From an uncultured bacterium (GTDB lineage Bacteria; Hydrothermota; Tepidihabitantia; Tepidihabitantales; JBDRVQ01), in NCBI GenBank assembly GCA_964425275.1, contig CAYRLZ010000013.1, forward strand, positions 1-58,035: DNA of 58,035 nucleotides. Reading direction: 5' to 3'. Shown in pieces: positions 9,878 through 17,071 of this stretch. The translations under genes were made by a program, and so were the position numbers. The notes under the pieces are model-generated. The model ran no database searches, was not told the origin of the DNA, and saw nothing but the letters and a program-made list of their open reading frames with translations. The number at the start of each line of letters is the position of its first letter. Positions within the stretch are counted from its first letter, which is position 1.

Positions 9878-10544
9878 TTTTCGCTAAGGGTCGGATAATA
9901 ATTATCGGTGTAAGGTTGTCGCCTTGGCCGGCTGGGTTATCCCGCATTATATCCTCGGTCAATTTTATTTTCACCCCGGAAGAACAACCTACCACCCAAG
10001 AACCACCGATGTCATTCACATCCATAATTGCCACCTCACAGCCGGTGGCATCTTTAATCTTCTCGGCTACTTTATCTGGTTCCTTTGGTCCCATAATCAC
10101 ACATTCATAGTATTCTTTAACCCCGGAGGTATGGGGGGCATCAATCATTGCCGCCTGTTTTCCGGCGATGCGATAGAAATCACCTCTCCGACCAAGGAGT
10201 TTGGTCACAGCCGAGACGAACGCCGCCAATAAAATTCTTGCCGCGCCGACTTCTCGGATGGCACACTCCATACTATAAGGATTTCTTAAACCAATCCCAT
10301 AAGGAACCTTTCTCACAAAGCGATAAAGGAGACGGGCTAAAAGTCTCGGCTTTATCCTTTCGGTTGGTATTGCCCTCCCCTGCGTAATCGCCACGGCACT
10401 CTCCGAGATGGTTATCACATCTCCCTTCTGCAAAAGACCGGATGTATATTTTTTAACCACTTCCACAATATCATCCCGCTCGGTTAAGATATGCGTCTTT
10501 ATTGGGATCCGTTCAAATTTCTTGCCATCAATTACCCTTATCAT
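9870..10544 (-). CDS. Coenzyme F420-0:L-glutamate ligase (CofE)-like protein
   Basis: PIKTH, GDVITISES.VAITQGR, IMDVNDIG and DNPAGQ...TPIIIIR motifs. Confidence 0.8.
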   Translation of the reverse strand: MIRVIDGKKFERIPIKTHILTERDDIVEVVKKYTSGLLQKGDVITISESAVAITQGRAIPTERIKPRLLARLLYRFVRKVPYGIGLRNPYSMECAIREVGAARILLAAFVSAVTKLLGRRGDFYRIAGKQAAMIDAPHTSGVKEYYECVIMGPKEPDKVAEKIKDATGCEVAIMDVNDIGGSWVVGCSSGVKIKLTEDIMRDNPAGQGDNLTPIIIIRPLAKSE

Positions 10545-12314
10545 TCAGACTGCCCTTTCCAATTCTTCTTTCATCAATTGCCTTTCGTAGAGTTCCCAAT
10601 AGAGACCGCGCTTCGCTAATAACTCCTCGTGAGTTCCTAATTCAACTACTTCCCCTTTATCTAAGACATAAATTATATCACAGAGTTGAAGAAGGGAAAG
10701 CCGGTGCGAGATGATTATTACCGTCTTCACTACCTTTAGGATGTTATTAACCACCTCCTTTTCAATCTCGGCGTCTAAGGAGGCGGTGGCATCATCAAGA
10801 ATCAATATCCGGGGAGAGCCTAAGAGCCCCCGGGCAATTGCTACCCTTTCCTTCTGACCACCAGAGAGTTTCATCCCCCTTTCGCCAATCAACTGTTCTA
10901 CCCCTCTGGGCATCATTTTTATATCTTCTTTTAATCCACTTATCTCTATAACTTCTTCCACCTTTTCTTTAGGACATTCCCGGCCCAAAGTGATATTATT
11001 AAAAATTGTATCGGAAAAAAGGGTTGGTTCCTGTGGACAATAGCCAAAGAGTTTACGATAATCTGTCAAACAGGACTTGCGTTCCGCTTCGCGTTCGTTA
11101 TCCGGGGAGTGCCAATTGTCTCCTTCTTGGTCAACCCACTCTATTGATATTTGGCCGGCGGTTGGTTCCAAAAGGCGAAGGAGTAATTTCATTAAGGTCG
11201 TCTTGCCGCTACCGATAGTTCCGGCAATCCCAATCTTCATTCCTTCTCTAATCTCTAAATTGACATTCCTCAGAGCCGTTCTCTCTTTTTCGTAGCCGAA
11301 GGTGACATCCGATAATTTAATGATAAATCTCCCCTTCCCGGTTGGAGATAAGAAATCTCTTTCTCCTATCTCCCAAGGAAATTCGGCCAATTCCCTTATT
11401 CGTCTTCCGGCAACAAGGGCCCGTTTCCGGACAACAAAGAAATTTCCAATGTCCCACATTGGGGTTATTAAAAGCCCGATGTAAGCCATAAACGCCACAA
11501 AGCCCCCCAGAGTCATCTTACCTCGGATCACCAGAATTCCGCCGACAATTAAGATTATTAAAATTGCCAGTTCCCCAGCGCCTTGAAAGACTATTCCAAT
11601 CTTTGCCTCGGAGCGGACGAGGCGAATTGCCCAATCAATCCTCTCTCGGAGCAGTGCCCCGAAATGTTTTCTCGGCATCACCTCCTTATTGAAGGACTTC
11701 AGAAGTTTTATCCCGGATAAAGTAGACTCAATATAACTGCAGACCAAGGAAATCTTCTCCCGCCATTTCCGATAAGAAGCATAGACGAAACCACCAATCT
11801 TTGACCAGAAGAGGGCAGTAATTGAGAGTGGTGCAATCGTCAGCATCATTAAAAGGGGACTGATACTAAAGAGAATCGTTAAGGTAATGATTAATGTAAA
11901 AATTGCCTCAGCCGGCCGAAAGATTCCGGAACAGGCATACCAGGACAATTCACCTAAATCGTGGTCTAATCTTTCTATCACATCACCGGCCGGAAAGGTA
12001 TTGGAAAACTGGTATCCCTTATTTAGTATCCGAGAAAAGACATAACTGCGGCAAAGCCAGGCAAACTTCTCATTCGTCTTTCCCCGTAAAAATGGGAGGA
12101 GGGTTGATAAAATAGAACGGAGCAATCCAAAACCAAAGAGTAGGGCACAATAAAGGAATAAGGTCTTTGCTGATAACCCTTTCTGAATCCCATCAATGAT
12201 CTTCTTTAAGAAATAAGGAAAGGCGAGGGTAATGGCAGTTGTGATAAGGGTCAAGACGAAAAGAACAATAAACCAGCCCTTATTTTTCCGCCAGAAATCA
12301 GAAACCAGTTTCAT
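10545..12314 (-). CDS. ABC exporter, fused TMD-NBD (MdlA-like half)
   Basis: Six-TM N-terminus, GTIGSGKT, LSGGQ, ILDD (degenerate Walker B), ISHR. Confidence 0.93.
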   Translation of the reverse strand: MKLVSDFWRKNKGWFIVLFVLTLITTAITLAFPYFLKKIIDGIQKGLSAKTLFLYCALLFGFGLLRSILSTLLPFLRGKTNEKFAWLCRSYVFSRILNKGYQFSNTFPAGDVIERLDHDLGELSWYACSGIFRPAEAIFTLIITLTILFSISPLLMMLTIAPLSITALFWSKIGGFVYASYRKWREKISLVCSYIESTLSGIKLLKSFNKEVMPRKHFGALLRERIDWAIRLVRSEAKIGIVFQGAGELAILIILIVGGILVIRGKMTLGGFVAFMAYIGLLITPMWDIGNFFVVRKRALVAGRRIRELAEFPWEIGERDFLSPTGKGRFIIKLSDVTFGYEKERTALRNVNLEIREGMKIGIAGTIGSGKTTLMKLLLRLLEPTAGQISIEWVDQEGDNWHSPDNEREAERKSCLTDYRKLFGYCPQEPTLFSDTIFNNITLGRECPKEKVEEVIEISGLKEDIKMMPRGVEQLIGERGMKLSGGQKERVAIARGLLGSPRILILDDATASLDAEIEKEVVNNILKVVKTVIIISHRLSLLQLCDIIYVLDKGEVVELGTHEELLAKRGLYWELYERQLMKEELERAV

Positions 12315-12320
12315 AGTAAA

Positions 12321-12428
12321 GAATGATTACCGCAATAATAAACAGATGATTACAACGATTAAAAAACAACCGATGTCGGCGATACCTTATCATCACTGTA
12401 ATCGTGTCTTTTCATCCCCGTAATCATC
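12321..12428. repeat. Short palindromic intergenic element (ATGATTAC...GTAATCAT); partial second copy at 23241-23282
   Basis: Two GATTAC and two GTAATC half-sites; shares gaatgattac..ataataaa and attaaaaaacaaccgat with 23241-23282. Confidence 0.6.
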
Positions 12429-12432
12429 TTTT

Positions 12433-14238
12433 TTATATAGCGACAAATTGCAATTTATAAAGTTTGTAATAAAACCCCTTCTTCTCTAATAACTCCTGAT
12501 GGGTTCCTTCCTCGACAATCCGGCCTTTATGGATAACAATTATTCGGTCGCACATCTGAATTGTCGCCAGACGATGGGCAATAATTATTGCCGTCCGCTC
12601 CTTGAGAAGTTCTTGTAAACCGGCCTGAAGCAGAGACTCAGTTTGGGGGTCAACCGATGATGTTGCCTCATCCAAGATAAGAACCGGTGGGTCAAATATT
12701 AAGGCACGGGCAAAAGATAAAAGTTGCCTCTCGCCCACCGAGAGATTTATCCCCCTTTCAATCAGATTAGTCTGATAACCATCCGGAAAGTTGAGAATCC
12801 TTTCGTGAATCCCCAGGCGCTGCGTCGCTCTTTCTACCCTTTCGGTGCTGATTTTATAATCGAAGAGTCTTAAATTATCCAGAACCGAACCGGGAAATAG
12901 AATAATATCCTGAGGGACAAAGCCAAAAAAATTCCGCCAGAGCCGAAGTGGGGTTTTTGCTGACAAATAATTATCAATGGCAATCGTTCCCGAAACCGGT
13001 TCATAAAACCGCAAGAGGAGACTTACCAAAGAGGTCTTGCCCCCTCCGGTTTCACCGACCAGGGCAACCTTTTCTCCTTTTCTGATTAAGAGGTTTATAT
13101 CTTTAAGAATTAGGGAAGAACTATCATAACCGAAAGAGACATCTTGGAAAGAGATTGCGGTCGGTGCGCATCGCGGTTCATAACGGCTAACACCTTCTTC
13201 GGAGAGATATTCTGGTTTTAAGGAAAGTATCTCAACTATCCTCTCTCCGGAGGCAAGGGCGCGCTGAATTATATTTAACTGGTCTGAGAGTCCCCTTAAA
13301 GGACCGAAAAGTCGCTGGATATAACTGAAAAATAAAAAGAGGGTGCCGATGGTCAGACTACCCCGCAACGCCCAGAATGAACCAAAACCAAGCACCAGGG
13401 TTAAACTTAATACCTCACCAAAATCAACTAAAAACCATACCCGATACCATAATCGCATCCCGCGTAATTCTCTTTCATACTTTTCATAATTTAAGGCATC
13501 CCCTCTCTTCGTAAAATGCCTCTCTTGATTAAAGGCTTGGACTACCGAAAGTCCGATTAGTGCCTCATTGATGAAGTTATTTATCTCCGCGACCTTCCTT
13601 CTCACATCAACATAAACCGGCCGCGCCCGTTTTTGAAACCAGTGGAAGGCATAAGAAAAAACTGGGATTAAAACCAGGACTAAAAGGCATAACCGATAAT
13701 TGACTAGCCACATTATAATGCTCATCCCTAAGAGCATAACGAAATCGGTCATCAGAACCGCTCCGGTCGTGGTGAAAAGGTTTTTCAATGCCTCGGTATC
13801 CGACTCAATCCGGGTAAGAAGTTTACCGGTTGGGGTCTTGTCAAAAAAGGAAAGGGGGAGATTTAAGATATGGGCAAAGAGATTATCTTTTATATCCGCG
13901 GTTGCCCGCTCACCAATGATGGCGAGTTGAATCCGCTGGCAATAAGAAATTAAAAAGATGAATAGCGAAAGCAAAAGATAAAAGAGCGCCGTCCTTACCA
14001 GGCCGATAATGTTGCCATTTTTGATATTGACATCAATTGCGTAGCGGAGAAATAGCGGTCCGAAAATGGAGAGACCGGTGGCTAAAAGAAGGAGAAAACC
14101 GCCCAGGATTATCCGACCGCGGTATTTTATAAAATAGGGCAAAAGAAACTGGATAATTTTTTTGGCCTTGATTTTGGGTTTAGCCGTCTCTTCTTCGGTA
14201 TAAAAAAATTCATCATCAAAATGCATAGCACCTGACAA
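12433..14238 (-). CDS. ABC exporter, fused TMD-NBD (MdlB-like half)
   Basis: GETGGGKT, LSVGE, ILDEATS, IAHRL; likely heterodimer partner of the adjacent ABC protein; start may be ATG 14226. Confidence 0.93.
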   Translation of the reverse strand: MSGAMHFDDEFFYTEEETAKPKIKAKKIIQFLLPYFIKYRGRIILGGFLLLLATGLSIFGPLFLRYAIDVNIKNGNIIGLVRTALFYLLLSLFIFLISYCQRIQLAIIGERATADIKDNLFAHILNLPLSFFDKTPTGKLLTRIESDTEALKNLFTTTGAVLMTDFVMLLGMSIIMWLVNYRLCLLVLVLIPVFSYAFHWFQKRARPVYVDVRRKVAEINNFINEALIGLSVVQAFNQERHFTKRGDALNYEKYERELRGMRLWYRVWFLVDFGEVLSLTLVLGFGSFWALRGSLTIGTLFLFFSYIQRLFGPLRGLSDQLNIIQRALASGERIVEILSLKPEYLSEEGVSRYEPRCAPTAISFQDVSFGYDSSSLILKDINLLIRKGEKVALVGETGGGKTSLVSLLLRFYEPVSGTIAIDNYLSAKTPLRLWRNFFGFVPQDIILFPGSVLDNLRLFDYKISTERVERATQRLGIHERILNFPDGYQTNLIERGINLSVGERQLLSFARALIFDPPVLILDEATSSVDPQTESLLQAGLQELLKERTAIIIAHRLATIQMCDRIIVIHKGRIVEEGTHQELLEKKGFYYKLYKLQFVAI

Positions 14239-14414
14239 AATAATAGTGAGAAAAATTCATCTGTCAACTTATGGTCGTTACCAAACAAGAATGTCCCAAA
14301 TTACTGATTGGGAGATATAATCAATCCAAAGTTGGACGAGGGTGATAACAAATAAGCAATATTAAAATAATAGAGCCGTGTGAAGAAATATTGCCCTCGA
14401 CAAATAGCCCTCAA

Positions 14415-14747
14415 TTAAAACCGCTTTAATCTTGCCGCATAGGCAAAGGCAAAAAAATACTTTCGCCAGGACTCAATTGAAGAAGAAAACTGATTATCAA
14501 AATAGAAAAAGTCAATCAATGCCTCCCTTAAACGGGTCAACTCTTTCAGACGGCTCCGATTTTTAATATCAGCAATTGTTAAATCTAAGAGCTCCAAGGC
14601 ACGTTCAATTGCTTTCCGGCGGTATTCCTCATTTTTCTTCTGCCCATTAATCGCCCGCTCAACCTCACTTCCGATATTCGCCATCTGTTCAAAGAAGGTT
14701 AATTGAAACCAACGGCCAGCGGCTAATCCTTTATGTTGATAATTCAT
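14415..14747 (-). CDS. Conserved hypothetical helical protein
   Basis: 110 aa, W..LTFFEQMANIGSEV.RA ... RALELLDLTI.D; ATGA overlap with the upstream gene. Confidence 0.8.
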   Translation of the reverse strand: MNYQHKGLAAGRWFQLTFFEQMANIGSEVERAINGQKKNEEYRRKAIERALELLDLTIADIKNRSRLKELTRLREALIDFFYFDNQFSSSIESWRKYFFAFAYAARLKRF

Positions 14748-15085
14748 CTTTCCACCAAGTTCTGAACGATTTCTATTACCTTTTTTCTAATTTCGGGATT
14801 ATCAATCCCCCGGCTCCGATTGCCTTGTGACGGTCTGATATTTATCACCGAATCAAATTCAATCCAACCTTCGCCCTCAACCTCGGGATAGATACTTATC
14901 CCCCAGAGATTTTCCGGCTTTGAGCCATCCTTAATTAAGACCGCTTCTTCATCAGAATGGAGTTCCCCACCGACCGCCATAATCCCCTTTTCCACATCAA
15001 CCACCGCCTTAACCAAATCACCGAACATCTCCTCAGCAATCTTTTTCAGTTCCGCTAAGGAAATCTTCTCTTTAATAATCTTCAT
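14744..15085 (-). CDS. DUF5674-like hypothetical protein
   Basis: LVKAVVDVE, GGELHSD.E..L...GS...NLWG and IEFDS.INIRP..GNRSR pattern. Confidence 0.78.
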   Translation of the reverse strand: MKIIKEKISLAELKKIAEEMFGDLVKAVVDVEKGIMAVGGELHSDEEAVLIKDGSKPENLWGISIYPEVEGEGWIEFDSVINIRPSQGNRSRGIDNPEIRKKVIEIVQNLVER

Positions 15086-15171
15086 GCTTAAAGTTTACCG
15101 GAGATTTTCCAAAAGTCAAAGGTTCACCTAAATCCCTTTTAGACTTAGTGCGGGGTAAAGATTTTAATTTC

Positions 15172-16590
15172 TTAGGGATAGTGTCTCCAAATATCACAAG
15201 TGGCAAATCTCTCCAAGCGCCTAATTGTTAAATCTTTTCCTAAGACTTCAATCATATCAAAGAGTGGCGGACCGATTGTCTTGCCGGTTAAGGCGACACG
15301 GCAGGGATGAATTAACTCGGCCGCCTTTATCTTTAATTCATCGGCTAATTCTCTTAATGCCTTCTCCGTCGTCTCTTTGGTGAAATCGGTAAGCAAAGAA
15401 AACCTTTGGGCGAGTAGTTTTATCTGCTCCTTATTTTTCAAATTGAGGAAATCTTTTATCTCTTCTAGGTTATAGGAGATATCTTCTTTTAGGAAGAGAC
15501 TAACCGCATCGGCTAAATCGTCTAACTTTCTTGCCCGGTCCTGAGATATCTTGACCGCCGGGATTATCCCCATTCCGCATTTCACATTCCGCTTCTCTAA
15601 GAATGGTTTAAGGTGGGGCAGAAGTTCTTCGGGCGAGGAATTTTTTATATACTCACTATTCATCCACTCCAATTTCTTTATATCAAAAATGGCGTTTGCC
15701 TTATTCACTCTTTTTAGGGAAAAGAGTTTTATCATCTCTTCTTTAGTCATAATCTCTTTATCACCACCCGGTGACCAGCCTAAAAGGGCTAAGTAATTAA
15801 GGAGGGCATCGGGTAGAAATCCGGCATCACGGTATTCCATAATTGAAAGGGCACCGTGTCTTTTGGAGAGTTTTTTTCTATCTGGTCCTAAGATTAAAGG
15901 GAGGTGGGCGAAGAGTGGCGGCGATTTACTAATTGCGGAAAAGAGTAGAATCTGTTTCGGGGTATTTGAGATATGTTCTACCGCTCTTATGATATGGGTC
16001 ATCCCCATCTCGGAGTCGTCAATGACACAGGCAAAGTTATAGGTCGGGCTACCGTCAGCCCGCAGGAGGATAAAGTCTTCAATATCGTCGGGATGTTTCT
16101 CAATTCTTCCGTGGATTAAATCGTCAAAGACCACCTTCTGGTAAGGCACGAGGAAACGGACAACCCGGCAAGTTTTTTCTTTCTCCAATTTTGCCTTATC
16201 GGCCGCGGTGAGGTTGAGGCAGTGCCGGTCGTAGCGGTATGGCTTTTTCTTCTCCCAGGCTTGCCGGCGCGCCGCTTCTAATTTCTCCTTCGGACAGTAG
16301 CAATAATATGCCTTTCCTTCGGCGATGAGTTGCTCGGCATATCTTTGATAGATAGGGAATCTTTGAGACTGGAAATAGGGTCCTTCATCCCACTCCAAAC
16401 CAAGCCAAGAAAGTCCCTTTAAGATAACCTCGGTTGATTCCAAAGTTGAGCGGGTGGGGTCGGTATCTTCAATTCTTAAAATAAACCTTCCGCCTTGATT
16501 ACGGGCAAAGAGGTAATTATAGAGGGCACTTCTGGCTAGCCCGACATGAATAGCACCGGTCGGACTGGGAGCAATTCGGACTCTTACCAT
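15172..16590 (-). CDS. gltX: Glutamate--tRNA ligase
   Basis: RIAPSPTG.IHVG, LRIEDTD, KLSKR motifs. Confidence 0.97.
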   Translation of the reverse strand: MVRVRIAPSPTGAIHVGLARSALYNYLFARNQGGRFILRIEDTDPTRSTLESTEVILKGLSWLGLEWDEGPYFQSQRFPIYQRYAEQLIAEGKAYYCYCPKEKLEAARRQAWEKKKPYRYDRHCLNLTAADKAKLEKEKTCRVVRFLVPYQKVVFDDLIHGRIEKHPDDIEDFILLRADGSPTYNFACVIDDSEMGMTHIIRAVEHISNTPKQILLFSAISKSPPLFAHLPLILGPDRKKLSKRHGALSIMEYRDAGFLPDALLNYLALLGWSPGGDKEIMTKEEMIKLFSLKRVNKANAIFDIKKLEWMNSEYIKNSSPEELLPHLKPFLEKRNVKCGMGIIPAVKISQDRARKLDDLADAVSLFLKEDISYNLEEIKDFLNLKNKEQIKLLAQRFSLLTDFTKETTEKALRELADELKIKAAELIHPCRVALTGKTIGPPLFDMIEVLGKDLTIRRLERFATCDIWRHYP

Positions 16591-16740
16591 AGATTTGTAT
16601 TAAAAATTAAATACGAAATATAAAAAACAGAAACTAAAAACATTCGGGTCATTCGGCAATTTTACCAGAAACCGCAAAAGCCGCAGAATGTATCGGCATA
16701 TTCTTAACCGAAACTCCTGGCTTGATATTTTATATTGATG

Positions 16741-16830
16741 CGGAGAGGGTGGGATTCGAACCCACGGTCCATCTTTCGATGGACGACCGCTTAGCAAGCG
16801 GGCGCCTTAGACCGACTCGGCCACCTCTCC
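16741..16830 (-). tRNA. tRNA-Ser(GCT)
   Basis: GGAGAGG/CCTCTCC acceptor stem, loop TTGCTAA, long variable arm, GGTTCGAATCC T-arm; CCA not encoded. Confidence 0.95.
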
Positions 16831-16832
16831 GA

Positions 16833-16920
16833 CGGAGGGTGAGGGATTTGAACCCCCATGTTCCCTTTCGGGAACGGCGGATTTCAAGTCCGCTGCCTTA
16901 CCAGTTAGGACTAACCCTCC
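16833..16920 (-). tRNA. tRNA-Ser(TGA)
   Basis: GGAGGGT/ACCCTCC acceptor stem, GCGGA-CTTGAAA-TCCGC anticodon arm, long variable arm, GGTTCAAATCC; CCA not encoded; 2 nt from the next tRNA. Confidence 0.95.
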
Positions 16921-17071
16921 TCACTTGTTTCTCCCCGAGCCCGTTCAATAAGAATTTCTCTCTTTCGGGCACTACCCTGGGGAAAGTCCATTTTAGCAAA
17001 GATAGCCAAAATTTCAAGAGAGCCCAGAGCGAATGGAGACCAATTAAAGTCTAATTAATCTTTCCGTGATA

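Noticed and set aside
16833-16920. Possible tRNA-Sec (the + strand shows ttca)
   Set aside because: On the coding strand the loop is CTTGAAA (anticodon TGA = Ser) and the acceptor stem is the normal 7 bp
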